Origin: the human T2T-CHM13v2.0 reference genome, Homo sapiens
Assembly (NCBI RefSeq): GCF_009914755.1
Contig: NC_060936.1
Direction: 5' to 3' (one strand)
Length of the DNA stretch: 64,000 nt
Part shown: piece after piece, positions 28,720-43,544 of the stretch
How the letters are laid out: each line of letters opens with the position of its first letter
Numbering within the stretch: the first letter of the stretch is position 1
The notes under the pieces: model-generated
What the model was told of the DNA's origin: nothing
The model's database searches: none
The model's input: only the letters and a program-made list of their open reading frames with translations
Translations under genes and position numbers: made by a program

Positions 28720-29173
28720 TCCCGATATCCATTTTCCCCTTCCCCTTAGAAATAAAAGTCAAATTTTATTTAGGGTGGCAATGCATCCATTAGGGTGACA
28801 TTCTATTTCCCAGCTTTCATTTTAGCAGTGGGGTCATGTGGCTCAGTTATGGCCCATAAGATGAAATAGAAATGTTGGTAGTACCTTTAGGACAATAGTA
28901 TATATAAAAAAAGAGTATGCTTTGGTTATTCTTCCCTTCCCTGTTTCTACAGCTTAGAACATGGTTGCAATGGTTAGAGCTCCAGTAGCCTTCTTAGATT
29001 GTGAAAAAGTCACATATGGCAGAGCAAACTCATAGGGTCTCAAATAGCCTTGTGGAGTCTTCCTGCCTGGTTTGCTTACCTCTGCACTTCCTCTACATAG
29101 GCGAATACACCTTTTGTGTTTAAGCTACTACAGTTGAGTTTCTGTTACAGCTGAACTTAACCCTAACTGATAC
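28720..29173 (+). mobile_element. MLT1-family LTR
   Basis: TATTTCCCAGC...GGGGTCATGTG; ends GTTTAAGCTACT...CTGTTACAGCTGAA...CCTAACTGATACA. Confidence 0.7.
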
Positions 29174-29359
29174 ACTTTGTCAGTTTGATTTTTCAGCAGC
29201 TTCAAAGGACCAAATTGGAAGCAGGAAGGGCTGCTTCTGGTTGCAAGTGAGAAAAAAGAAAAATTATTACAGACCAGAAAATCAATTAATGGTGAGGTGG
29301 CTGACTTCAAACCAGTGAGAAGGTAGGAAAAGGTGTAGAATATTCATTCTTTTTTTTAA

Positions 29360-29685
<326 letters not shown>

Positions 29686-29695
29686 CAGGTGCTTT

Positions 29696-29990
29696 CATTT
29701 TTTTTTTTAAATGAGGATAAAATTATTTTTTTTAACTTTTATTTTAGGTTTGGGGGCACACGTGAAAGTTTGTTACATAGGCAAACATGTGTCATGGGAA
29801 TTTGTTGTACGGATTATTTCATCACCCGGGCATTAAGCCCAGTATATAATAGTTATCTTTTCTGCTTCTCTCCCTCCTCTCACGGCTCAAGTGGACCTCA
29901 GCCTCTGCTGTTTTCTTCTTTGTGTTCATAAGTTCTTATCATTTAGCTCCCACTTATAAGTGATAACATGCGGTATTTGGTTTTCTGTTC
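29696..29990 (-). mobile_element. 5'-truncated L1PA (about PA13-16) 3' end
   Basis: TTTAGCTCCCACTTATAAGTGA...CATGCGGTATTTGGTTTTCTGTTC; TSD AACTTCAGGTGCTTT (29387-29401 / 29991-30005). Confidence 0.9.
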
Positions 29991-31124
29991 AACTTCAGGT
30001 GCTTTTTGACTTGACACGTTAGACTCTTCATTCTCGCCTTTGTCGTCAGCATTTATGGAGCTAGGCACTGTGTGAGTGAGGACAAGCATAGTGTACCTCT
30101 GCACTCAAGGCGTTCACAACAGAGCCCAGGACGGTGAGAAATTGGCCTATGTGAGGACTTAGGGGTGTGTGTTGCAGTTATTTTGTGTAAGTGGGTAGTT
30201 GGAAGGGTTCTTTAGGAGAACGCTCCTATGGTTATTTACAGTTGTGGAAATTGTCCTAGGCCAAGTACAGACACAATGGCTGAGTGTAAAACCGAATACT
30301 CCAAGCTCCTGGTTTAGTTATCTAACAAATGACACTGCCTAGCTTGTCCTAAATCTCTTTCAATAACTGAAATTTATTTCCCTCTTGACTACCTTCTGAC
30401 AAAGGGGCTCCTGTTCTCTTCCATTCTGTCATTCCCAGAAATACCAGTGCAAGAAAGCTTCATCAGGAACTAGGGTCACAGTGTCAGACAAAGCTTATTG
30501 TCTGGGTAGGTGATTTTATTCCAGGAAAAGAGCTCCTAAAGTAATACCAAAATACCAATAAATGTAGCTAGACTGACTCATTTTCAAGCCTTTTACGGTT
30601 CTATTTTGTAAACCCAACGTAGAGAATAATTAATTTCCAAAATCTACAGGACACCTTACTACCAATTTTTGTGGGGAGAGATAATGACTTGAATGGAACA
30701 TAAGCAGAGAGTTGATTTTAAGTAAGGAAATGGGGTCAGAGAGAGGTTAAGTGGCTGGCCTGGGGTCAGATAGCAAGCTGGTGACTCAACTTTGCAGCTC
30801 CTGGATCTGAGGACTGCAAAGAAAACCAGAGCTCATTTCCTCTAGATAAGTTAACTGCCCCATATCTGTGGTCTGCCATAAGCTTTTAAGAGCCACATTC
30901 CTTTTGTGACTATAGACCTGAGTTCCTATGGCTTTCACTGGAGAATGGAAAACACTTTCAAGGTCAGACTGTGTTACATAGAGGGCAGAATAGCACTTAT
31001 TTACCACCAAAAATCATCATGCAATTTGTAGGAACTGCCGTCTTTTGCATGCCTTCTGGTCTGCATGCAGCATATGCATAATAACCAGCTTGTACAATAG
31101 ATGGAGTGTCTTGGAAACGATCAC

Positions 31125-31375
31125 CTGCATTTATGAAGTGCTTACTATGTGTCAGGCATCTTCCAAGTGTTTTACATGGATGATCTCATTTAATCCTCAT
31201 GATAACCTTGTGAGGTAGGTCAATTTATAGCCCATTTTACCACCTGGGATACTGAGGCCTTTCAGGGGTTAAGTTCCTAGCCCAAGTTGATAATGCTAGA
31301 AAAATGGTCAATTAAGGATTATGAACCCAGTTTGGTCTGACACAGAGGCCGCATCCTTTATCACCATGCTATTCA
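31125..31375 (-). mobile_element. MIR SINE
   Basis: GCTTACTATGTGTCAGGCA...TCTCATTTAATCCTCATGATAACCTTGTGAGGTAGG...ACTGAGGC. Confidence 0.85.
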
Positions 31376-32419
31376 GAATTCTTGTACACACATACCTACG
31401 GTTTTTTTCTCTGCTTCTGTTATTTCAGTATTATAGAGTAAAACTTCATGCAGCGGTAATTTTTATCTTGACCTTAGACAAATAATTGGTCTGACTAAAA
31501 ACAAACAAAAAAATGGAGATCTTAACAGCAAGATTGATTGTCCTACCTACCTGCAAACATTTCAAAGGTGCCTCTCTCACTGCAGGGTTGTTTTGGAAAG
31601 ATCTTAGTTATATATCAAAGAAAATAATATCTTCCACACTAAAAGGTTGAAAATAGAAATATTTGGAAGTGGAACTCTATTTGAAGTTCTGTGACGTATG
31701 GTGACAATGTGAACTTCTAATACTCTTCATTTTCTGGAAAACACAATCCTCTAAACTAAAAAAGATGGTGGAATGGACATCTATGAAGGTTTTTGTTACT
31801 TGAAAAGTTTGATCCTAAAATGGATTTGTGTGTGGGTGCATTGGAAAATCATTCATTTCTTTTGAATGGGAGACAATAATTATAGATGAATAAGAAAAAT
31901 ACAACTTAAATATTAGAAATCATTGATTTTTTTTTAGGTGGCAAGATATCACCCTGGAATTATGGTTAGATATTGTAAATTGAGTTAAAAAATTTAGTTA
32001 GAAATGATTTTATTAAATAGGTGTGAAAAATCTCGATTTTAAACAGTGCACGCGTGTGTGTGTATGTGTGTGTGTGAGGCTTTGGAGCATTGGTAGGTTT
32101 CAGAATTCTGTTAAGCCAACTCTCATCAAATGATTACAAATATAAGAAGGAGGGGACCAAGCAAAATAGAAAAAATGAAAGTCATATTATAATTTTTCAA
32201 GATATGAATATTTTGAACCCATTCTTCTTTTTTAAAAAACATATATTATGAATTTGCAGGGATACACAATGTTGAGGTGGGAGACCCAGGGTCTCTTGAT
32301 TCAGACAAGATGGGTAGAGCATCCCACCACCTGATGGCAGCAGACATGAACTGTGGGCTACTCTTTTTGAAGTATGAGTAAATTTCTTATAAACTAAAAC
32401 TATAATTTAAAAAAATTAA

Positions 32420-32920
32420 AATAACCCTTTTTTAAAGTTGTAAAAGCAATGCTCATTTATGTCAAAATAAGACAGAAAACACAAATAAATGAAAAGGAAG
32501 AATTAAGAGTCATTTACAGTCTTAGAGATAGCCACTGTTAGTACCCTGGGGCATGTATTTCCAGGTCCTCTGTGTATGTGTGTGCACACAAAAGCAAACA
32601 CGCATTAAGATCATTCTACATGCTATTTGTAACATGATTTTTCCACTTAATTGTATACTGTGACAATGATAATATATTATAAATGCTTTTATATGACATA
32701 ATTTTTCATGGCTGTACTTGCACATTTGGGATTAAAAAATATTTTGCTATTATGAATACTGGGATAATTTTCCCTTTAGGAAAACTTTGAATTTACCATT
32801 AATTATTTTCTTGGGTTAAATTCCTATTTTTGTAATTTCTGGATTAAAGGGAATGCAGATTTGAAGATTTTTGAAACAGTCTATAGTGTCCTCCAGAGAG
32901 GTTTACCAATTTGCACTATG
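32420..32920 (-). mobile_element. Old L1 (L1ME-like) 3' fragment
   Basis: TTTGCTATTATGAATACTG...TTTCTGGATTAAAGGG...CTCCAGAGAGGTTTACCAATTTGCACT. Confidence 0.6.
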
Positions 32921-33684
32921 ATTGTTTGTATATATGGGCCGAGGTTAGCTTGAAAGTTCTGAGGCAGTATTTTTGGTGACAATTATGACTGCATTGCAGA
33001 TTGTGAATATTAAAAATAAGGTTTGATGTGGTTAGCCTAGAATAAAACATATTAGATGTGAATATGTTGTATATTACTATTGGTATAATTATTACCATTG
33101 AAATCCAAGATCTTTTGGAGGTCTAGATGAATGTCATACAAATTCATTGACTGCTGGCATAAGCCTTGAACATGTGGCAAGCTTAGATATCACTAAAATC
33201 TGTTATTTGAAGAACTTGCAAAAAATTGGCATGTGTGGAAAGCAGATGCCTTATATTGATAACAGTTAAGTTTTGCATTTGGAATGTTGAACCATGTGCA
33301 TAAGGCTAATATCTTTGAGAAAATGTGGATATTTTTAACAAGAAAGCATATGCTTAAAGGAAAAAAAATCCTTCATGTGGTTTCAATACTTAATTTTTAG
33401 TGGAATGTTCTTTCCTAAAGGTGCGTGAATTATTTAATGCTCTTCATTTATGGAATATTATGTGATAGATTTGATTGTATTTTAATTGTGTTATTTGCAT
33501 TATAGCCCTTTTAATGAGAACAGTAATTCTTGGACAAGGCTCTACATCATTGTTTAAAATGGTGTTGAAATTTTGTTGACTACATTTTCTCAGTCATCTC
33601 AATGAACCAGAAAAACACATTTAAGGTGGTAACATTATGTAAAGGTACTTTGATATATCCAGGCTTCTTGCAGGTAATTGATTC

Positions 33685-33790
33685 ATTCCCTCCCTCCCTC
33701 CCTCCTTTATCCTTCCGTCCCTCTCTCCATCCCTCTCTCCATCCATCCGTCCATCCACTGACCCACCTGGCCAATCATTCATTTATTTTT
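33685..33790. repeat. (TCCC/TCCA)n low-complexity tract at an L2 tail
   Basis: TCCCTCCCTCCCTCCC...TCCATCCATCCGTCCATCC. Confidence 0.8.
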
Positions 33791-34189
33791 ATCACATACC
33801 TACTTTATATCAAGTCTAGTGTAAAAACTTTCATGTTATGGAAGAAAAAGTAGCAAATTAGCCCCACTGTCAACAATGGAGGGTTAGCAAATTACAAGAG
33901 TAAATTTGTGTGGGGAAACAGAAAATGAAAGAATTTGGGCTAAAAAATTCTTTTCTGTGTTTCTGAAAGTTTTATATAGGCTACCTTCTTTTAATATCTC
34001 ATCTGGCTATTTCTATTCATTCTCATGGTTTAAAATGAGGTGAAACTTCATGCTGTAGTCATTCATTCACTCATTTATTTATCTAATATCTACTAGGAAC
34101 CAGGTCCTTTCCTATTACCAGGGATAAGACACCAGCTTTTTCCTCATGGAGCATGATTTCTGGACTGTACTTCCCTTTCCACGCTGGCT

Positions 34190-34880
34190 TCCCAGTGGGT
34201 TAGCACCCTGTATTTACCACTGCCACACTGTATTGTAATTACCTGTTTATCAGTCAGTCTCTTCACAAGGCTGCTGTGCTCCTTAAGGGCAGAGCCTCTT
34301 CCCTGTTTCCTGCTCTATGTCCAGCCCCTGGCATAGTCCCAATTACGGTTGCCCTGTAAATATGTATTGAGTGAATGATTGTTTACTAATATTTTGCTAC
34401 CCCTTCAGTTTACTTTAGGGCTATGTTTATCTTGTTTGGGTAAAATAGTTGTATACATCTTATGGCCATAAGAAACTTCTGTTTGACTTTTATTTCACTT
34501 TGTCAGGCTGAAGTCCTACTATATCCTTCCACACACCCTATGCTAAGCTACTTATGGCTTTCCATATGGGCCCTGTTCCTTTGCTCAGATTTTTCCCTTG
34601 CACAGAACAACTTGATCTCTCTTTGCTCCTCTTCCTCAAGGCCTGTTTGACTGCCCCTTCCCTCATGCTGTCGTAGTGCACTGATCCAATCTCTTTAGAT
34701 TTGTTTTTTTTTCAATATCAAGTAATAGCTATTTGTTCAGTCTGTCTCTTCCTTCATCGACTGTAAGCTCCTTCCTCTGAAGGAGGAGCAGTTCTCATTT
34801 TGGTATTCTCCATAACATCCAGGGCTGTGCTTGACACATAGCAGGAGGCCAATAAATGCTTATGAGATGAATGGATATAT
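34190..34880 (+). mobile_element. Two L2 3' fragments
   Basis: GCTCCTTAAGGGCAG...CCTGGCATAG...AATATGTATTGAGTGAATGA and GACTGTAAGCTCC...GCTTGACACATAGCAGG...AATAAATGC. Confidence 0.6.
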
Positions 34881-35299
34881 GAATACACTCTTCACAGTGA
34901 GTGGACTGTGTGTGACTAAGTTGAAAAAACTCATCACAGAGGAAGATGTGTACTTGGGATAAATAATATTGGCTAAAGGGAAGGGCAGGCCATATGGCAG
35001 GACATAGGAACAATATGTATGGGCCAGAGAGCACAATGTATTTATCTGGAAAGCAACAAAAGGATAAGGTTTACTAACAGGTAGGTTTAGAATCCAGAAG
35101 ACTTTGAGCATGAGGCACAGGAACATGGCCTTGGGGACCCAGTGAAGGTAAGCCACCTTTTTGATTCTTGAATTGTATTTCCAATATCCAGATATTTGTG
35201 ACACCAACTCAAGTTGTCTTTCATCTGTGTCTATGTTCTTGACTAATACATTCAATATGATGAATGTCACTGCCATAAAAGATTTTGGTGATAACTTTT

Positions 35300-35677
<378 letters not shown>

Positions 35678-35994
35678 TCAACAACTCTCTTATCTTTCCA
35701 ATCATGAAGGTAGTTGGGGATGACAAAGAATAGGTGATTAGAGAAGAGTAGGAGAAAATGGGGAGGTAAAATTATGATTTACTCATTCACTCAGTGACTA
35801 TATAGTGAGCGCTCCTCCCCAGCCCTACCCTCATGTCAGTGAGTATCTCAGTCCTCAGGGATACCATACGCAGGCAATTGAAAGACAGTGAAGTAAAAGT
35901 CTTGGAAGTACTAAACAGGGTGCCTAGCCTAGTTGCGGAAAATCAGGAAGTGATATCAAATTGTGACTTAAGGAAGGTGAAGGTTCTAGTTAGG

Positions 35995-36503
35995 TGCTGC
36001 CTGCAAGAGACTCACCTCACTTTTAAGGACACACATGAACTGAAAGTGAAGGGATGAGAAAAGATATTCCACACCAATGGAAACCAAAAAAGAGTAGAGG
36101 TAGCTGTACTTACATTGGACAAAATAGACTAAGTCAAAACTGTAAAAAGAGACAAAGAAGAACTAATGTTCTTATATCTATAATGATAGAGGGGTTAATT
36201 CATGAAGAGGATATAATAATTGTAAATATATATACCCAACACAGAACACCTAAATATATAAAGTAAATATTGAAAGACCCAAAGGGAGAGATAGATTGCA
36301 CTATAGCAATAGTAGGGAACTCACTTTCAAAGATGGACAGATTATCCAAACAGAAAATTAATAAAAAAAAAATTGGATTTGGAGTACACTGTAGGCCAAA
36401 TGGACCTAAAAAACATGTACAGAACATTCCATCCCACAGCAACAGAATGTACATTCTTCTCAAGGGCACCCAAAACATTCTTCAGAGTAGGTCACATGTT
36501 AGG
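35995..36503 (+). mobile_element. L1 (L1M-type) ORF2 endonuclease-domain fragment, inactivated
   Basis: Translates to CCLQETHLTFKDTHELKVKG and later EEDIIIVNIY...PKYIK, L1 APE-domain motifs, with frameshifts and stops. Confidence 0.9.
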
Positions 36504-36760
36504 AAGAGAAATGTTTGGAAGAGACTGGCATCAATAACCCAGACAGCAGATGGAAAATAGCTGCTGGGAGTGGAAAAGAGTAGATGTGATGTTGGACTAT
36601 ACGTGGGAAAGGAAGGAAAAAAAGTTGATAATTTTGAAGAAATTACATGAATACCCTTGTTTTTAGTGATTAAAAGAACACTTTTTTTGTATTATTTACA
36701 ATTATGTTTACAAAAATCTATATAATTAGTTCATTAGTGAGATTCTTACATATCTTAAGC

Positions 36761-37056
36761 TTTTTTTTTTTTTTTAAAGAGATGGGGTCTCATTCTGTCA
36801 CCGAGACTAGAGTATATTGGCACAATCACAGCTAACTGCAGCCATGATCTCCCAGGCTCAAGCAATCCTCCCACCTCAGTCTCCAGAGTAGCTGAGACTG
36901 CAGTCACATGCCACCATGACAGGCTAATTTTTTATGTTTTGTAGAGACAGGGGTCTCACTATGTTGCCCAGGCTGGACTTGAACACTTTTTAAGCAGTCC
37001 TCCCATCTTCGCCTCCCAAAGTGCTAGGATTACAGGCCTGAGCCACCGTGCCTACC
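36761..37056 (-). mobile_element. AluJ
   Basis: GGCTCAAGCAATCCTCCCACCTCAG, TCTCACTATGTTGCCCAGGCTGG; diverged. Confidence 0.9.
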
Positions 37057-37261
37057 CATGTTCTTCAATTTCATTTCTTATTAAAGTAATATAACTGAAA
37101 GCTCAAGTAGCATAGCTGAAATTATGCTTTAACTTTATTTTGGAAGTATTTTTTTAAATATAAAAATTACCTTTTTTGAATTAAGAAATTAGTATATATT
37201 CTACTACAGCTCTGAAAATCAGAATCTCAGATGAACATTGACTTTAAAAAAATGTATGAGG

Positions 37262-37605
<344 letters not shown>

Positions 37606-37743
37606 CTACCAGAAGGCAAGATAAAAAGGTTTCTTCTGGAGTTCAGTTCAGGGAGTCTACTTTGTCAGAAAAATAGAGCCAAACATATTAATATCCAGAG
37701 ACTTTTCTAAGTGAGGATGCATTTGAAAGAGAGGAATTCATCA

Positions 37744-38121
<378 letters not shown>

Positions 38122-38235
38122 TCAAACAAATCCATTTCTACACACTCTGATGACCATATGAACAGGTTAGCAGGGTCTCCATTCCCCCTTCTGGGGATGT
38201 GCGGAATGGAAATCAGTGGCAGAGCAATGGTCTTT

Positions 38236-38526
<291 letters not shown>

Positions 38527-38980
38527 CAAATGGTCTTTTCCATGAGGGAACGTAAATGTTCTCAGTATGATTATACATTGGAATAAAGTTTCTTTGGGAA
38601 GAATTACCAGGGTTATATTATAAGCTCAAAAGTGAAAAAGTCAACCCCCTAAGTAATATCTATATGTCATAGAATGGCTAAGTTCTAAGATCTATTTTCT
38701 TGCCTCGTTTATGGAAATTGAGCTTATTACATTATTTCACAATGCAAACAAATGAAGATTTTGCTTAATACACTCTGTGAGTGTATTTCAGAGCTGGAGA
38801 GTGAATGTAGACAAAAGCCCAAAAATGGCAGAATATTGACTGTCCAACCCCAGAGCATGATGTGGTGAGTGCCTTGCATTTTATGTTGTTGAATCAGAGC
38901 AGCTAAAATCTCCCCTCTAGGCTGGGAGAATCATATTCCATATATATGGAGGAAAGAATAGACTTGTGGACTCTCAATAC

Positions 38981-39055
38981 CTATCTATCTGTCTGTCTGT
39001 CTGTCTGTATGTCTGTCTGTCTATCTATCATCTTTCTATCTATGTATGTATCTGT
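38981..39055. repeat. (TCTA/TCTG)n tetranucleotide repeat
   Basis: CTATCTATCTGTCTGTCTGTCTGTCTG...CTATCTATC. Confidence 0.9.
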
Positions 39056-39265
39056 CCTGTAGAACAAAAAAACTTCAAGTTTTCTTCTCCAAAGTGTGCA
39101 GATTCAGAAGCAACTGCTCTGCTGCTCTGCTGCTGGGAAATTGCCCTGTGGTAATATTACCCCCTGGACTCTAAGGTCTGAGCCACAGAGCGGCACTGGA
39201 AACCACAGGAGTGACAATGAGCTTGCCTGCTTACCTGCTGTAAAAAGAAACAAATTAGACAATAA

Positions 39266-39420
39266 TCTTCTCTTCTTCCTCCCTCCCTCTCTTTCTGTCA
39301 CTTTTTATTCTGTCCCTTCCTTCCATTTTCCCCCTTCTTTCTCTTCTCTCCCTCTCGATCTTTCTCTCTTTCCCAATCTGTCTCTTCCCCTCCCATTCTC
39401 CCTTCCTCCAGTCACTTCTC
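39266..39420. repeat. CT-rich low-complexity tract
   Basis: About 150 bp, almost entirely pyrimidine on the + strand. Confidence 0.85.
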
Positions 39421-39469
39421 CATGTACTACTGATAGAGATAAGACACAAATGGTCAGACAAAACAGGAG

Positions 39470-39598
39470 ATATATATGTGTGTGTGTGTGTATATGTGTA
39501 TATGTGTGTATATATGTAAATGTATGTGTGTGTATATATGTATATATGTGTATGTATGTGTGTGTGTATGTGTGTGTATATATATATATATATATATG
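39470..39598. repeat. Compound (TA)n/(TG)n microsatellite
   Basis: About 128 bp of near-continuous alternating purine-pyrimidine. Confidence 0.95.
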
Positions 39599-40929
39599 CT
39601 GCAGCAGTTTTGCAATGTATTTTTTATTCTCAGATTTGCAACTTAAATTCAAAGTAAATTCTTTAAGGCTAACTATTGGCCCATTCAAGGTCATAATCTC
39701 CCTGGCTGGCGATGATTTGTGTTAAAACCTTATTCTGTATAATATTAAACTTTACATAGAACTTTAACTTTTGAAACTGAAGAAAAAAATATGATTTTTT
39801 AAAACTTTATCACTTCAAAAGAGATTTGGGTTAGAAGATGGAAAATATATAGGACATTGACCAATTAGGTGAATTGGGGCTTTGAGGTTTTAGAAAAAGA
39901 ACTCTTTATAAAACTTGGGAGCAAGGATACTGGGTATTATCCAAGAAGATTTCTTAATAGAAGTATGTTCTTCAAATGGTTATCTTGGTGTGCTTTAATT
40001 TATGGTCTCTGATGGTTAGGAAATCTCTAAGTAGAAAGAAAGAATTATGAACCTAGTATGAAGGTTATAATGGATCTTGACAAGGTGGCTTAAAAGGAGA
40101 CATTACGGCATCTAGGGGATGAGAGTTAACCTTTTGTTCTTAGAATGTGTAATTTGCCTCAAAATCATCAAAGTTATCAGCAGATAGTATTTCTTAATGT
40201 CTCTTAAGAACCTGATATCTTAAGATCTATATACATAATCACACATAGTTTAGGTAAGTCACTTTACTTTGACACGTTGTTAATAATCTTTTCTCAAGAT
40301 ATCTTAAATAACTGGAAATATCAACCTTAGAAGAAAGAATTTCACAAATACCATTTTCCACACTGAGAGAAATACAAGTTATAAAATAAACTCAGAAACT
40401 TGCAAATCCCTAGTATTGGAATACGGAACTAAGGGTAAGTAGTTCAGGTTCACATTATGGAAAAGGAAGAAATAAAAAAGTGCAAAAGTAAAATGTCCAC
40501 CAGAGACTACCTTAAGATGAAGAGAAAGATATTTGCCGAGAACTTTGTAAAGGTAAACAACCCTTGGGAGAAAACAATTATGATTATAAAAGTGATTATT
40601 CCCGTGCTTGACTTGGTTAATGTGGACTTACAAGAGTGTACTTTTCAGGCTGTACTTTTTCAGTTCTTTTGAGTACTTTTCAGTATTTTGAGGACTGAAA
40701 ATGGGCCATGCTAGTAATTCCGTTACCTCAGCTCTAAAAGAACCCTCCCCAAAATCTTGAAGTACGAGGGTTTACAGATGAAACTGGAGTGTAAAAGTCA
40801 GCAAAAAGCCTTGTTAGAAATATGGACATCTTCTTCATTAAGACTTCATAAAGATATTCCTTGGCCCTAGGCAAAGCATAATATTTGCAATTGCTCCAGT
40901 GGGAGCAATATACTTATTTATCCATATTT

Positions 40930-41813
40930 TGTAAACCAAAAAGTATTTGAGACAGATCTCAGTCAGTTTGGAAGTTTATTTTGCCAAGGTTAAGGACATG
41001 CTGGTGACATAGCCCAAGGAGGTGCTGAAAGCATGTGCCCCAGGTGCTCAGGTTACAGCTTGGTTTTATATGTTTTAGAGAGACATGAGACATCAATCAA
41101 TACATGTAAGATGTACATTGGTTTGGTCCAGAAAAGCAGGACACCTTGAAGGTGACAGGGTGTAGGGGTGGGGATGGGGATGGGCTTCCAGGTCATGGGT
41201 GGATTCTAAGATTTCTTGATTGGCAAGTGGTTGAAAGAGTTTATCTGAAGACCTGGAATCAATAGACGGGAGTGTCTGAGTTAAGAAGGAGGATTGTGGA
41301 GACCAAGGTTTTCATTATGCAGATGAAGCTTTCAGGTAGCAGGCTTCAGAGAGAATAGATTTTAAGTGTTTCTTATCAGAATTAAAAAGGTGCCAGACAC
41401 TCAGTTAATTCTCTCCTGGAGCAGAAAAGATACCTGGAAAGGGAAGTGGATTGGGTACAGAATATAGATTTTCCCCCACGAGAGACAACTTTGCAAGGCC
41501 ATTTCAGAATATATCAAAGAAATATATTTTGGGGTAAAATATTTTGATTTCTTTGAGGGCTAGCTATCTGTTATGTTGGTATCTTATTGTTATAGTAAGC
41601 TTGCTTTGTCACTCTTAAGGGCTCTGTTTTAATGTTAAACGCTGGTCAGCTGTGCCTGAATTCCAAAGGGAGGAGAGTATAATGAGGCATGTCCGACCCC
41701 ACTTCCCATCATGGCCTGAACTAGTATTTCAGGTTAACTTAGGAATACCCTTGGCCAAGAGGAGGATCCATTCAATTGGCTAGGGAGTTTAGAATTTTAC
41801 TTTTGGTTTATCA
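40930..41813 (-). mobile_element. MER4-family (ERV1) solo LTR
   Basis: Inverted termini TGTAAACCAAAA ... TTTTGGTTTATCA; GTTTATTTTGCCAAGGTTAAGGAC, CAATACATGTAAGATGTACATTGG. Confidence 0.88.
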
Positions 41814-43050
41814 TATACATATATACACATACGTATACATGTATATATGTGTGTATGAGAGAGAGAGCACACTGTAGACTTGTAGACTCACTGAGCATAA
41901 CAAACCTGCCAGGGTATATTGTTTTCCTTATTTTATAGTTAAGAAAACTAGGAGAGGTAGAGTCACTTTTGGACTCACCACCTGGCTAAAAGTTGGTAAG
42001 AGTTTGTAAGCTTTAGGGCAATGGTCACATAGAGTGAGTGGAACGAGAGAACCCTGACTCCAAGCCGTGCCCAGCTCTGCCTTCCAGAGCAGTGTGAGTT
42101 TTCACTGATGGATTTTAGTGCAGTCTTTCCTTATCTCTGTTAGGGAAGACAGTGAATATATTACAGAACCATTTTCCAGCTAGGGAAGTGGTCACAGAGA
42201 GGTTATGAGTTTATATATGGTTAATTGCAGAGCCATGATTTGAATGAGATTGTGTTCTTCTGGAGCCTGTTAATCCAGATCCCGCACCCTTCCCTCAAAC
42301 AGACTCCTCCAGAGAATGCAGGCATGTGGGGGATCAGAGCCTGAGGGTCAGGTTAGGAAGGGTTACTGACAAGGTGACCAGGCAATATGCAATGGTCTTT
42401 AGATGAGCATTTCATACTCATTTTGATCCTGTACACACACCCCCTCTTGAGGCTGCACTGTACGATAATTTATTATTATTGAGAGAGCTACAGGTAAAGA
42501 AAAAGGGACAAACATTTCACTTAATATAGTTAATCAGCTGCGGAAAATTTAGAATTTTGGAAGGATATATCTCAAAATTCTTAGCCTAGTGAAGGCATGG
42601 TTATCCATACTAATAAAAACCATAGCTCTCCTGCCTTTTTCCAAGCTCTTTGTCTCAAAGGACATATTACTCATATCTTTGTTTAGGCCTCACTATATCT
42701 TTCTGGCTCAACATCCCTTCGGAGGCTCTGAAAGTAGTCAGAAGGCAGAAGTGTTAAGATTTCTCCATGATGTCATTAATAAGGCAACACTGACCTCAGA
42801 ACCTAATTCATCTTGAGCATCGTACATATCAAGCAGCACTTTCTCTTCTTTCTGAGGAGAGAGAAAATGTATTTTCTGCTGGTAAGGAGAGAATGGAGTT
42901 GGGGGTAGAGGGTGAGAGGGCCAGTGTCTGGCATCTGGACAGCTGGATCACTGGGAGAAGTGTCGAATGACTCTTGCTCCTGCCAGACAGGCTTTCTCCA
43001 GTTGTTTCAGAGTCTTCAAAATGCTAATACAATACGTTTGCATTTTCATT

Positions 43051-43540
43051 TGTATTGGCTGAGGCTTGTGTTAAAGTGCTCCCAGCTGCTGTAACAGATA
43101 AAATTTGAAGTCTCCATGGCTTGACACAATGGAAGTTTCTCTTAAAGTCCAAGAGGTGGTACAGATATGGGTCACAGAAGGTGGGCTGGTAAGAAGGAGG
43201 AAATCTGGTCCACATGGTTATTCAGGAACCCAAGCTGAAGAAGCCTGTACCATTTTCAACATGTGACATCCAAGGTTACCGTGGGTGACAACATCTAGTC
43301 TGCCCATGCAGGAAGAAAGAGAAGGTGGAGAAGGCATACCTACTTCTTAACCAGCTGGTTTTGGAGGTGACAGGAATCACTGCCATTCATATACTCTAAA
43401 TGAGAACTAGTCACATGAACTCACATGGGTGGCAGGGCACTTGCAAGTAGAGTCCTGGGTGGCAGTACCTCCCAGAAACAACTTTGTACTCTGGAAGGTG
43501 AGCACAGATAATTTGTGGAGAGTCAGACTGCTCTGCTATG
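43051..43540 (-). mobile_element. MLT1 (K/L/M-like) LTR
   Basis: TGTATT...GCTGCTGTAACA...GGCTTGACACAATGGAAGTTT...GAACTAGTCACATG. Confidence 0.65.
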
Positions 43541-43544
43541 GTAT

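Noticed and set aside
35833-36560. Endonuclease-like ORFs as a functional nuclease gene
   Set aside because: Frameshifted, stop-containing L1 ORF2 relic; reported as a mobile-element fragment.
39096-39725. Longest ORF (209 aa) and overlapping antisense ORFs
   Set aside because: Kept open by CT-rich and TA/TG microsatellite sequence; low-complexity translation.
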